Shown one piece after another: positions 8,253-18,456 of a stretch of 64,000 bases of DNA; the stretch's first letter is position 1, and each line of letters opens with the position of its first letter. A program made the translations under genes and the position numbers. The notes under the pieces were generated by a model. That model was not told the origin of the DNA, made no database searches, and saw only the letters and a program-made list of their open reading frames with translations. Source of the DNA: Longimicrobiales bacterium (GTDB lineage: Bacteria > Gemmatimonadota > Gemmatimonadetes > Longimicrobiales > Gaopeijiaceae); contig OZ241892.1 in the NCBI GenBank assembly GCA_965203485.1, positions 3,040,001-3,104,000 of the forward strand. Direction: 5' to 3'.

Positions 8253-10829
8253 TCAACTCGCAACGTCCGGTCGTACGTGGATCGCATGAAGCGCCGCACG
8301 GATTTCATCATAGATGTCCACACCGATTTCCTTCGCAATCTCTAGCGTTACGACAAGGGCATAGGGCACCTCCTCCTCCAAGGCTCCGGCATCGGCTCGG
8401 CAACTAACTCGAATCTTCAGGTCCTCGCCTTCGACAAATGCCCCCGCCTTCCTGCCTTCCAGTATCTCGTGTTGCAGCGTTCCGCGTCGAACTGCTCGCC
8501 AGTCTGCCTGTTGCCGATCCACTTGAAGCAGATTTCTCGGCGGATCGAAGCTGAGCGCCGCCCTCCGCCAAGCCTGATGTCGCTGGTTGACGGGCGATAA
8601 CCACGCCAGTGTGATGGCCAGCCTTCGAAAGCCGCGCTCTCCTGCCAAAGACGGGGGCAAGGGAAAGTGCAAGACGTGTGACTCGTCTTGACGAAGCTTG
8701 CCGCCTCCAAGTGCCGTGACCCGCTTGGACGTGCATTCCCGCACGCGCAGAATGTCGATCGTTCCGTAGCCCAGCAATCGCGTGATGTATTCCCTAAACT
8801 GTCGGCTGTTGGCCTTCTTCTTCAGTACGCGAGTCAGAAGTCGCCCAGCCTCCCCCCATTCCGATCCATGCGTGACGAGCGCCTTAAGCCAAACTGCCTG
8901 CGGAACGTCTTCAATGGTCTCTCCCCGCGGCTCCATGCGAAGCTCGTCCAAGACATCGTAGAGCATGCCACAGGCACGAGCGACCAGCGCGGTCGCATTG
9001 CTCGTGCCTTGAAGATGCCGCATCGCTCCTATGTCGCCAGAATCCGTACCTGGCGAGGCCACTCGCTGTCCTGGCGGAAGTGGGCCACCGTCGTAGATCT
9101 CCAGCACTGGTCCTCCTGACAACGGCCGCCGCGTCACAACTCGTCCACCCGGCGCCAGGACGTCGGGTTTGATTCCACGACGATATCCCATGCCTTGGGC
9201 GTTAAATGGACTGGGCAACCCTCGACGATAGGGATCTTCCCATCCTGGCGGCAACAACCCCGTCGACGCGTCGTCGTGAATTGAAGCCACGGTAAGGGCA
9301 TTCACTGCCTCGGCAGGCGACAAAAGACGGCGATGCCGCGCATCGGCAGCGACGGCTCGAATCAACTCTTCTTCCGTGTCGTCCAGCGATGACGGCCCGG
9401 CCGTATGGCTGGTGGACAATTCAATCTTGCCGCTGTAGTTGCCAGCACTCACGACGAAAAGAACCTTGTAGCGCCATGACAACCAGTCCAGCAAGCGTGC
9501 AAGAGGACTCATGGAGTGAGCAAAGGGCCGATCTGGGATACCGATAGACAAGTTCACGATTGCGACGTGGGGTGCGACCGGTGCTTCGTTTCCATCGCCC
9601 TCAAAAAGGCGACGGACTGCCCTGTGAATCAAATCGACCACTAGCATTCCCTCTGGTACGACTTCGCCGTGACTCTTCCAGTTACGCGAATCCGGACGCA
9701 AGATCGGACGCACGTACAGTGGCCTCGAGAGTGGACTCTCCTCCTTAGCCAAATCACCGTGGACGATGAGAGATGCCATGGCTGTGCCGTGCCGCCGGTT
9801 CTCGGCCGGATAGCCGTCCTCGAAGGTGTCGGGATCTTCGACGACCAATCGCCCCTGAAGTCGGCGGTGCGCCTGCAATGGAAGTCCATCGAACAGCGCA
9901 ACCACGGGAGGGCCACTAGGCACGTCTTCCGGCAGAGGATCCTGATCTTGCTCGTGGCCTTCGTCCCTCAGTAGCACCGACATCTGTCCGGTTGCGCGAA
10001 AGAACTGAACATGCTCACAGTGCACAAGAGCGACGTCGACCCTAGCGGGTTGCAAAAGGTCACGAATCTGATCCCGAGGGAGTCGAGCAAGAAGGGCATG
10101 GTAAGCAATCTCTCTGATATCTGCTTCGCCGTCCACATGCCCTGCCATACCCTCGACAAGGTCGACAACGCGATCGCTGGCCGACCGGCGCTGTCCCGGG
10201 TCCCGTCTATACCAGAGCTCAATCTCACAAGGCACCATCCGCTGGCCGTACTCGAACCGTTCGCGCCAATCGTCAAGCACCCCCGTTTCCTCGAGGCGAT
10301 CCTGGACACCCCAGACCCGAACCTCACGGAGCTGTGCAAAGAGAACTTTCCACTTGCCAAGGCCTTGTGGAAGCCTTTTCTCGGATTGCCACATCCTCCA
10401 AAACGACATCATCTGCCTCAGCGCCTCTTGGTTTGTGAAGACCATGAATACGCGGCCCCGAAGGTCCTTGTCCCGCTGTGCGTCGCCATCGCGCAGAGCA
10501 AAGAAGTCGTCGTCCGCAGGGATTGCGTCGACGTCAATCTCGGCAAGCCACTCCATTCCCGGCACCCTCTCCACGGCGCGAATGAAATCGTTCACCGCCC
10601 CCACTGTCTCCAGAACTACCACTTCCTCAGGCACTAGATCGCTCGCTTCCACTTGCAATCGCATCTTCCGCTCTTCAAACGCCTTCTGCAATCGCTTCAA
10701 CTGTGGTGAGAGTCGGTCGCCTTGGCGCTTGATGCTTGGACGGCGAAAATTCCCGCCAAACCCGCTCGACCTCTGCCGAGGCAACGGCTCCCCCGGACTC
10801 GGAAGAATCAGAAGAGGACGTTCAGGCAT
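8253..10829 (-). CDS. S8 subtilisin-like serine peptidase (IetS/Y4bN-like)
   Basis: Triad motifs LFDG, HGTAMAS, GTSNAT; VVSAGN; KPD; no signal peptide; overlaps the upstream ATPase. Confidence 0.9.
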   Translation of the reverse strand: MPERPLLILPSPGEPLPRQRSSGFGGNFRRPSIKRQGDRLSPQLKRLQKAFEERKMRLQVEASDLVPEEVVVLETVGAVNDFIRAVERVPGMEWLAEIDVDAIPADDDFFALRDGDAQRDKDLRGRVFMVFTNQEALRQMMSFWRMWQSEKRLPQGLGKWKVLFAQLREVRVWGVQDRLEETGVLDDWRERFEYGQRMVPCEIELWYRRDPGQRRSASDRVVDLVEGMAGHVDGEADIREIAYHALLARLPRDQIRDLLQPARVDVALVHCEHVQFFRATGQMSVLLRDEGHEQDQDPLPEDVPSGPPVVALFDGLPLQAHRRLQGRLVVEDPDTFEDGYPAENRRHGTAMASLIVHGDLAKEESPLSRPLYVRPILRPDSRNWKSHGEVVPEGMLVVDLIHRAVRRLFEGDGNEAPVAPHVAIVNLSIGIPDRPFAHSMSPLARLLDWLSWRYKVLFVVSAGNYSGKIELSTSHTAGPSSLDDTEEELIRAVAADARHRRLLSPAEAVNALTVASIHDDASTGLLPPGWEDPYRRGLPSPFNAQGMGYRRGIKPDVLAPGGRVVTRRPLSGGPVLEIYDGGPLPPGQRVASPGTDSGDIGAMRHLQGTSNATALVARACGMLYDVLDELRMEPRGETIEDVPQAVWLKALVTHGSEWGEAGRLLTRVLKKKANSRQFREYITRLLGYGTIDILRVRECTSKRVTALGGGKLRQDESHVLHFPLPPSLAGERGFRRLAITLAWLSPVNQRHQAWRRAALSFDPPRNLLQVDRQQADWRAVRRGTLQHEILEGRKAGAFVEGEDLKIRVSCRADAGALEEEVPYALVVTLEIAKEIGVDIYDEIRAALHAIHVRPDVAS

Positions 10830-11835
10830 CGGATGGCAAGCTCGTTGGCTCGGGCACCGGTGCCGAAGCCTCTATGCGACCTTGCCACTGCGTCAAGCAG
10901 TCGATGACAATAGTGCGAAGATCATGGCCCGCGGGCGTTAGGACATGCTTCCGTTGCACGTCGAGGGCGAATTGCTCGAGCTCCGAAAAGCTCAGCCCCT
11001 TGAGGCGCTTCGCCAATGTGGCGGGCTGCCATTCCATGGGCGCGCCCAGACGCCCCCCGAAGCGACCAAACCATTCTTCCGCCAGCGGAGGGGTCGGCGT
11101 CGGAAGATTCAGCCGGAGCTGAAACCGGCGCCAGACGGCCCGGTCCAGCAACTCGGGATGGTTCGTCGCGGTGACCACGACGACATGGCTCGGCAAGTCG
11201 TCAATCTGCAACAGAAGCGAACTGACGACCCGCTTGATTTCACCCGTCTCGTGAACGTCACCGCGTTCCTTGCCCACCACGTCGAACTCGTCGAAGAAGA
11301 GCACGCATCGGCGGGTTCGCACCTCGTCGAAGAGCCGAGAAAGACGCACGGCCGTCTCGCCGAGATAGCTGGCAATGACGGACTCGTAGCGAACAACCAA
11401 CAAGGGTACAGCGAGTTCGGTGGCGAGCGCTTCGGCAAGTGACGTCTTGCCGTTCCCGGGCGGGCCAGTGAGCAATACCCGATGCCGGGGCTCCAGATTG
11501 TGCGCTCGCAGCAGGTCCGTGCGTCGAGACTCCTCGATCAGCTCCTGGCAGGAGGCAACCACGGGCCTCGAGAGCACGAGGTCTCTCAGCCGCCGGTGAG
11601 GATGCATCTCGTGAAACGACCCGGCACCTGGCCCGGTGCGGTTGCGACTGGTCAAAGGCGACGAAGCGTTCGGCGGGCCGACGGGGTTGAGATGCGAAGC
11701 GAGGCGGTCCGCCAACACATGATGCTGCTTGGCACGTTCCTCCGTGACGAGAGCCTCGAGCGCCTTGCGGAACAAACGCTGGTCGCCCCTGGCGCCCGAG
11801 CGGACGAGATCAAGCAACAGGTCGGCGCGAGCCAT
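10822..11835 (-). CDS. AAA+ ATPase (IetA-like)
   Basis: GPPGNGKTS, FFDEFD, ATNHPELLDRAVWRRF; MARADLL start with an AAGGAGG SD. Confidence 0.92.
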   Translation of the reverse strand: MARADLLLDLVRSGARGDQRLFRKALEALVTEERAKQHHVLADRLASHLNPVGPPNASSPLTSRNRTGPGAGSFHEMHPHRRLRDLVLSRPVVASCQELIEESRRTDLLRAHNLEPRHRVLLTGPPGNGKTSLAEALATELAVPLLVVRYESVIASYLGETAVRLSRLFDEVRTRRCVLFFDEFDVVGKERGDVHETGEIKRVVSSLLLQIDDLPSHVVVVTATNHPELLDRAVWRRFQLRLNLPTPTPPLAEEWFGRFGGRLGAPMEWQPATLAKRLKGLSFSELEQFALDVQRKHVLTPAGHDLRTIVIDCLTQWQGRIEASAPVPEPTSLPSDA

Positions 11836-12169
11836 CTCCGGCACCTCCTTCAAGCTGTGCTGGCGGTTGGCAAGGGAGCCGCGACACGTGTGGTGCGGTC
11901 AGCGGTCAGCTTAAGTCCGGGCCCAGCGATGGAGAAAGTAGGCAGAAATCCCGTATCCTTCAATGCCGGGGACCACTCGGCTGGCGAACGACGCCCGAGG
12001 GGCTTTGTTTGGTGCGCTCCCTGGGAGCGCCCCCTGCCGGACTCCGTACGCGTCACCGCGCCTTCTCCCGCCACCGCTCCAGCTCCTCGTCGTCGCCGAA
12101 TAGGACCTGCATGACCCCCGCACCTCCTGCTGGGCACCCCCGTCGTCCGCCGCGGGGCAACGGCGAGCG

Positions 12170-12354
12170 GGCGCACCTTTTGCGACAGCGCGATCAGGTC
12201 CTCTTCGGTGGACTCGAGGATGCCGGCCTGGACCAAAGCGGCCTAGCGGCGCTTGCGGCGATGCGGGCCAGCACGGGGGCTCCAGCAGGTTGTCGCCCAG
12301 CGGCTCCGCACTGACGAACATCAGCACGATCTCTTCGGCGAGGCGTAGCTCCAC
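12170..12354 (-). pseudogene. Heavily deleted remnant of a GPP34-family gene
   Basis: Fragments across frames: LRLAEEIVLMF / SAEPLGDNLLEP / VLARIAA / LVQAGILE resemble GPP34 blocks. Confidence 0.4.
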
Positions 12355-12487
12355 TTCGCCGCCTCGCTTGGCTGGCCGTCGCGATCCGCCTGCCGATCGC
12401 GCACGTATTCCCCGGCGGCGGCCAAGACGCGTTGCGCGCATTCGACGGCGGCGGCCGCCTGCTTGGCCGAAAATGCTTCGGCGGGCG

Positions 12488-12600
12488 TCGATTCTCGTTG
12501 CGACGCAAGGCGTCTCGGGCAGGGCTCCATCCCTCGTGGCTACAGGTGTCGGACCGCCAACGCCCCGTGCCCAACTCGCTCCAGCCGCCGCCCAGCGGCG
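12488..12600 (+). repeat. Diverged direct-repeat copy of 18193-18270 joined to 18444-18490
   Basis: TCGATTCTC.TTGCGAC.CAAGGCGT.TCG ... CCGCCAACGCCCCGTGCCCA..CGCTCCAGCCGCCGCCC is present at both sites. Confidence 0.75.
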
Positions 12601-12679
12601 CCTGCTCCCGGCACGAAGAGGGAGTACTCGGCGACGATGGAAGCCCGAGTCCGCCACCAGCCGCGTCGTTCAGGTCGGA

Positions 12680-13808
12680 GCGCCTTGCAACCCTCGGAGA
12701 GAGCGTACCTCTGCACGTACTCCACATCGAGGTCATCCCCCACACGCCCAAGACGTGGTCCGGCCCGAAGCTGGCCGGACGGAACCGGGGCGGCATGGCA
12801 ACCACGCCGACGGGCGCGCCCCCCTGCGTCGTACACCGTCCAACGACTGCCGACGGCGTCGGGACCGACCAACTCCTGCACCCACAACCGGTCGCGAGCG
12901 TCGAGAGCCGGCGATTCGAAGGCCGGCATGAACTCCGGAAACTCGACTGCCGACAGCCGTTCCCAGAGGCCGCGGCGCTACGGCGGCGCAATCTTTCGGC
13001 TTGCTACCGAATCCACGCGTCCTTGGCCTCGTCGCTCACTAGGCGCGGCCGGTTCAGACGGCGAAGAATGCGCATCAGCTGGCCGTCCGCGTCGAAGAAG
13101 CGGATCTCGTCGGTGGCCGTGTGTCCCGCCACGACGCGGCTTTGCCCAACCGCCGCCTGGAAGGTCTTGGAGTACGGCGTCGTCATCCGCGTGGATACGA
13201 AGGTCATCCCTCGAGAACTCGACGTGATGTTCCGGCGCATCACCGATTCGTCGGCCGGCAAGCCCTCGGTCTGTGCGACCAGACGGCCGTCCAAACCGAC
13301 GAACATCAAGTCTGCCGTGGCTCCTGCACGATGACCGCTCAACGCGCAAACGGCATTTGCGTCCGGTGCTTTCGGCGTCCACTGATAAAGCAGGGAGCCC
13401 GACCAGCTCCAATAGATGATTCTGCCCGGGCCGGCCATAAGACCCCGTCCGGCCCCACGGCCGTCGCGTTCACGCTTCTGAGTTCGCCCGGACCGTCTCC
13501 CGGCCGACCCCGCCCAAGACGTGCTGCAACGAGCCGTCGTCCAGCGAGTAGGCGGTCACGGCCACTGGGTCGCCCGCCTCCGACGCCAACACCATCCGCC
13601 GGTCGTAGTCCGCGACGGCATGGTCGAACGAGTACTCTTCGCCGCCAACGACTTGGCGGCCAGCGTTGGTGTCCACTTCCAGAATCTGTTGCGCAGCCGT
13701 CGGCGCACCCGCCGATCGCGTCTCGTCGTTTCGGTCGTTCGCCGCGTCCGGCTGGCCGCACGCCATAAGGTTCAAGACCGCGCCTGCGAAGATCGCTGTC
13801 CGAATCAT
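12680..13808 (-). pseudogene. Chimeric, multiply frameshifted beta-propeller lipoprotein gene
   Basis: MIRTAIFAGAVLNLMAC lipobox; 13333-13713 is homologous to the array genes; the remainder resembles a different 6-bladed propeller (PAFES..LDARDRLWV, DDLDVEYVQRY); internal TAG at 13004. Confidence 0.75.
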
Positions 13809-14053
13809 GTTTCCCGCTCCCGGCCGCCCGTCGTAGCCCGGATACGCCCGCCCGCACTCGTCCACCCGCTCGATCCGCCACTCCGGCCCCAGCCCATCAG
13901 CCGCTCCACCCACTCCCGCATCTTCCATCCGCTCTCCTCGCTCCAAGAGCCACGCCGTTCAATAGGCCGTATCGTAGACGCGCTTGGCCCCCGATGCCGG
14001 GTGAGCGGGCGCGGCCCCCGGCACCGGGCCGCACCCGCTCGAGAACGCCCCCG

Positions 14054-15094
14054 CTAGGAACAGGGCTCGCCCGCGACGGCCCGCACTGGCCGCACGAAGA
14101 TGTGCGCATTGTCTCCGCTGAACACGGGGACACGCCGACCGTTCACCGTCCTCTCCATCGGCTCCTGGCTCCTCTCCGTGGTCACGACACTGTCGCCGAC
14201 CATTCCGACGTAACTAGCGAAGCTGGTCAAGGGATTTTCCTTCAACAGCGTCCAGCAGCCCGTCGCGCGGTCCAGCAGAGCCCCCGTCACCCGGGTATTG
14301 TTCGTCGTTACGACGAGCCGGCCGTCGGCGGCCAGGAACAAATTGCTGTAGCCGGTGTTCCTCCATTCATCGACCTCCATCCTCCAGCGCGCCGCCTCCA
14401 CCAGCTCCGGAGGCATCTCGATTGCGCGCGGCTCTGCTCCCTGCTGGTACTCCACAAGCGAATGAACCATGCCGGTCAGCACATATGCCGACGAATCGGC
14501 GCACGCCAGCTCAACCGTAAAATAGCGGTTCATGACGTCACGAATAGCGGACTGTGAAACCTCGGATTGCGACCGGAAGGCACCCACGTCCAACGACGTC
14601 CGAGCTTCTCCGCCGATGGCAACGGTCTCGCCGTCGTCGCGCAACGCCACTCCTTCTTGCAACGCGACGGCGGGACGACCGTTCAATGCGCAGAGTCTCC
14701 TCGTGTTCGGCGCGGTCGGCGTCCATTGATGGAGAAGGACGCCGGACCAGCTCCAGTAGAGCACCCTGTGACGGCCTGCGGCAAAGACCCCCTCCGGTCC
14801 TACGGCTATCGCAGTCAAGGACATGAGTTCGCCCGGGCCGTCGCCCGCCCGCCCGCCGCCCAAGACGTGCTGCACCGAGCCGTCGTCCAGCGAGTAGGCG
14901 GTCACGGCCAGGGGATCGGCCGCCTCCGACGCCAACACCAGCCGGCGGTCGTAGTCCACGACGGCATGGTCGAACGAATACTCTTCACCCCCGACGACTT
15001 GGCGACCAGCGTTCGTGTCCACCTCCAGAATCTGTTGCGCGGCCGTCGGCGCACCCGCCACCAACGCGACGACCATTCCGCTCCAAATGCGCAT
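14054..15094 (-). CDS. Secreted beta-propeller-like protein, array copy 1
   Basis: Signal peptide, GDGPGEL motif typical of 6-bladed/NHL-like propellers; paralogue of copies 2 and 3. Confidence 0.8.
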   Translation of the reverse strand: MRIWSGMVVALVAGAPTAAQQILEVDTNAGRQVVGGEEYSFDHAVVDYDRRLVLASEAADPLAVTAYSLDDGSVQHVLGGGRAGDGPGELMSLTAIAVGPEGVFAAGRHRVLYWSWSGVLLHQWTPTAPNTRRLCALNGRPAVALQEGVALRDDGETVAIGGEARTSLDVGAFRSQSEVSQSAIRDVMNRYFTVELACADSSAYVLTGMVHSLVEYQQGAEPRAIEMPPELVEAARWRMEVDEWRNTGYSNLFLAADGRLVVTTNNTRVTGALLDRATGCWTLLKENPLTSFASYVGMVGDSVVTTERSQEPMERTVNGRRVPVFSGDNAHIFVRPVRAVAGEPCS

Positions 15095-15215
15095 CTCCAG
15101 CCCGTCTTATTCACGAAGGGGCGTGGTGAAAGGGGGTGGCGTGCGGCGGCAAGGCCAGTAGGTTCAAGGTGTTCGGGCCGAGAACCGGCAACCCGCCGCG
15201 CGCAACGCCGAGGTG

Positions 15216-15244
15216 AAGATAATGGAGGGGCTGTTTCGGTACAA
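15216..15244 (-). promoter_or_regulatory. Putative sigma70 promoter TTGTAC-N17-TATCTT
   Basis: Exact 17-nt spacing, about 120 nt upstream of ATG 15094; identical at 16371-16399. Confidence 0.55.
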
Positions 15245-15404
15245 CAAGTCGCGTCGAGGTTCGGCCGGACGAGGTGACGGGCGACGTGGGCGCGGCGCTG
15301 TGCCGGGAGGCGTTGAGCACGAGCGGCGTGGACCGACTTCCACGCCTCTTCGCCCCGTTGTCCCCGGAACGGCCGGTCCTTGGTCTCCACACCGCTTTTG
15401 CGGA

Positions 15405-15437
15405 TGGGCGCGGCCCCAAGTGTCGGGACCGCGCCCG
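15405..15437 (-). terminator. GC-rich hairpin just downstream of the copy 2 stop (also at about 16560-16592)
   Basis: GGGCGCGG...CCGCGCCC inverted repeat; no clear U-tract. Confidence 0.35.
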
Positions 15438-15454
15438 CTGAAGAGAAATCTCTG

Positions 15455-16249
15455 CTAGGAACAGGACTCGCCCGCAACGGCCCGCACTGGACGCACGAAA
15501 ATGTAGGACGGGTCCGCGTAGTACACGGAGACTTGCCTGCCGTTCATCATTCTCGTGGTCGGCTTCCGGCTGGCCTCCAGCGTCACGACGGTGTCGGCAA
15601 ACATCCCGACATACTTCGGATTGCCCGGAACACGGCGGACCGACGGCAACAGCGCATAGCAACCCGTGGCTAGGTCCATGACCACGCCGCCCAGCTCGTC
15701 CTCATACGTCGTGACGACGAGTCGACCATCGTCAGCCAGGAACATGCTGGTGTATCCTTCCAGGTCCGCCAGCTCAGTGGGCAATGAAACCACGCCCTCT
15801 TGCGTCGTGACCGCAGGACGACCGCTCAATGCGCAAACGACATTTGCGTCCGGCGCTTTCGGCGTCCACTGATGGAGCAGCGCGCCCGACCAGCTCCAAT
15901 AGATGACTCTGCCCGGGCCGGCCACAAAGACCCCGTCCGGCCCCACGGCCGTCGCGTGCACTTTTCTGATTTCGCCCGGACCGTCCCCCGGCCGACCTCC
16001 GCCGAAGACGTGCTGCACCGAGCCGTCGTCCAGCGAATAGGCGTTCACGCCCAGCGGTTCGGCGGCCTCCGAGACCAATACAAGCCGGCGGTCATAGTCG
16101 ACGGCCACCGTAAAGTCGGAGAACATATACTCCTCGCCGCCGGCGACTTCTCGGCCAACATCGAAGTCCACCTCCAGAATCTGTTGCGCGGCCGTCGGCG
16201 CACCCGCCGCCAACGCGACCGCGACGACCATTCCGCTCCAAATGCGCAT
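15455..16249 (-). CDS. Secreted beta-propeller-like protein, array copy 2 (216-bp in-frame internal deletion)
   Basis: Near-identical to copy 3 but lacks 72 codons between ACCACG microhomologies. Confidence 0.8.
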   Translation of the reverse strand: MRIWSGMVVAVALAAGAPTAAQQILEVDFDVGREVAGGEEYMFSDFTVAVDYDRRLVLVSEAAEPLGVNAYSLDDGSVQHVFGGGRPGDGPGEIRKVHATAVGPDGVFVAGPGRVIYWSWSGALLHQWTPKAPDANVVCALSGRPAVTTQEGVVSLPTELADLEGYTSMFLADDGRLVVTTYEDELGGVVMDLATGCYALLPSVRRVPGNPKYVGMFADTVVTLEASRKPTTRMMNGRQVSVYYADPSYIFVRPVRAVAGESCS

Positions 16250-16609
16250 CTCCAGCCCGTCTTATTCACGAGGGGGCGTGGTGAAAGGGGGTGGCGTGCG
16301 GCGGCAAGGCCAGTAGGTTCAAGGTGTTCGGGCCGAGAACCGGCAACCCGCCGCGCGCAACGCCGAGGTGAAGATAATGGAGGGGCTGTTTCGGTACAAC
16401 AAGTCGCGTCGAGGTTCGGCCGGACGAGGTGACGGGCGACGCGGGCGCGGCGCTGTGCCGGGAGGCGTTGAGCGCGAGCGGCGTGGACCGACTTCCACGC
16501 CTCTGCGCCCCGTTGTCCCCGGAACGGCCGGTCCTTGGTCTCCACACCGCTTTTGCGGATGGGCGCGGCCCCAAGTGTCGGGACCGCGCCCGCTGAAGAG
16601 AAATCTCCG
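16250..16609. repeat. 360-bp intergenic repeat, copy B
   Basis: Near-identical to 15095-15454. Confidence 0.95.
16371..16399 (-). promoter_or_regulatory. Putative sigma70 promoter TTGTAC-N17-TATCTT (copy B)
   Basis: Same sequence as 15216-15244. Confidence 0.55.
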
Positions 16610-17617
16610 CTAGGAACAGGACTCGCCCGCAACGGCCCGCACCGGACGCACGAAAATGTAGGACGGGTCCGCGTAGTACACGGAGACTTGCCTGCCGTTC
16701 ATCATTCTCGTGGTCGGCTTCCGGCTGGCCTCCAGCGTCACGACGCTGTCGGCAAACATCCCGACATACTTCGGATTGCCCGGAACACGGCGGACCGACG
16801 GCAACAGCGCATAGCAACCCGTGGCTAGGTCCATGACCACGCCGCCCAGCTCGTCCTCATACGTCGTGACGACGAGTCGACCATCGTCAGCCAGGAACAT
16901 GCTGGTGTATCCTTCCAGGTCCGCCAGCTCAGTGGGCAATGAAACCACGTGCGGTTCCGCGCCGACCTTGTATTCCGTAAGGACGAGGTCCATGCCGGCT
17001 ACGTTCGAGCCGGCCAGCACATATGCGGACGAGTCCGCACATGCCAGCTTTGTGGTCACATAGGCCATCACGACATCACGGGCCGGAGCCGACGTCGCTT
17101 GCAACAGCGGCCGGGCCTCTCCGCCCAACGCTACGCTCTCACCGTCGTCGTCTCGGAACACCACGCCCTCTTGCGTCGTGACCGCAGGACGACCGTTCAA
17201 CGCGCAGAGACTCCTCGTGTCCGGCGCTTTCGGCGTCCACTGATGGAGCAGGGCGCCCGACCAGCTCCAATAGATGACTCTGCCCGGGCCGGCCACAAAG
17301 ACCCCGTCCGGCCCCACGGCCGTCGCGTTCACTTTTCTGGTTTCGCCCGGACCGTCCCCCGGCCGACCTCCGCCGAAGACGTGCTGCACCGAGCCGTCGT
17401 CCAGCGAATAGGCGTTCACGCCCAGCGGTTCGGCGGCCTCCGAGACCAATACAAGCCGGCGGTCATAGTCGACGGCCACCGCAACGGAGAACATATACTC
17501 CTCGCCGCCGGCGACTTCTCGGCCAACATCGAAGTCCACCTCCAGAATCTGTTGCGTCGCCGCGGTCGGCACGCTCGCCGCCAACGCGACCATTATGGTG
17601 CTCCACGTTGTGCGCAT
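16610..17617 (-). CDS. Secreted beta-propeller-like protein, array copy 3
   Basis: MRTTWSTIMVALAAS signal peptide; GDGPGE motif; full-length paralogue. Confidence 0.8.
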   Translation of the reverse strand: MRTTWSTIMVALAASVPTAATQQILEVDFDVGREVAGGEEYMFSVAVAVDYDRRLVLVSEAAEPLGVNAYSLDDGSVQHVFGGGRPGDGPGETRKVNATAVGPDGVFVAGPGRVIYWSWSGALLHQWTPKAPDTRSLCALNGRPAVTTQEGVVFRDDDGESVALGGEARPLLQATSAPARDVVMAYVTTKLACADSSAYVLAGSNVAGMDLVLTEYKVGAEPHVVSLPTELADLEGYTSMFLADDGRLVVTTYEDELGGVVMDLATGCYALLPSVRRVPGNPKYVGMFADSVVTLEASRKPTTRMMNGRQVSVYYADPSYIFVRPVRAVAGESCS

Positions 17618-18456
17618 GGCTAGCTCAAGTCTTGCCGAGAGCTTGGCCCAAATGGATCCACCCGTCCCACGAGCCGCTGCAGGATTGATCATATTGGCAA
17701 ACGGTGTGCGTCAGAGAGACAACAATCAAATTGATCGTATGTTCCATCTGATCTCTGAGTTTGCACACCGTGATAGATATTCCTGGAAGCTCGCCGGGGG
17801 CACCGGAACTTGGGGTGCGGCCGCTCACCCATATCTCATCAGGACAATCCCTATCCATAGCAACCGCATCGGTGCCCGCGAACAGCGCACCGCACGCTTC
17901 TGGCACTACCGCTTCTTCAACCCAAGCGAGCCGTTCAATTCCGGGCAATGAACTCGCAACCAGCCTGCTCGTCTTGCTGGTTGCCATTGGCAAACTCATC
18001 GCCGGGTCGTCGCTCGCCGACTCCAAAATTGCATCTGCCGTTCATGCGGGCAACTCCTGTTTGGCGAAGGAATTGTCTGGAGCCATCCAGCGCTCGCCAA
18101 GACGCGGAGGACTCGCCTTGAAGGTGGGCAACTCGCCGGGGAATGGCAATCCCGGATCGGGCCACCACGCCCGAAGGCGGCCCCACCGACCATCGATTCT
18201 CCTTGCGACACAAGGCGTTTCGAAGAGAACTCCGCCCTTCGCGGCCACCGGTCTCGGCCCGCCAACGCCCACACGCCAAGCCGCCCGTACCTTTACCGGC
18301 AGGACTCGTCCACGCCGACGGCCTCGCCAAGCCGCGAGGCATGCGGCTCCGGCGGCCCGTCCGAACACGCCAACGCCCACACGCCACCTCCGCCGAGGCC
18401 TCAAGGGCCGCGCCGCTCCCCAGCCGCACGGCCTCGCCGACCGCCGCCAACGCCCC

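Larger units (their letters stand above)
15095..15454. repeat. 360-bp intergenic repeat, copy A (near-identical to 16250-16609)
   Basis: Direct sequence comparison; period 1155 bp. Confidence 0.95.

Noticed and set aside
14054..17617. Diversity-generating retroelement behind the array variation
   Set aside because: No reverse transcriptase in the window, and the differences are not adenine-specific
17625..18160. Lower-GC minus-strand ORF fragments upstream of the array
   Set aside because: No recognisable motif and interrupted by stops; cannot support a call
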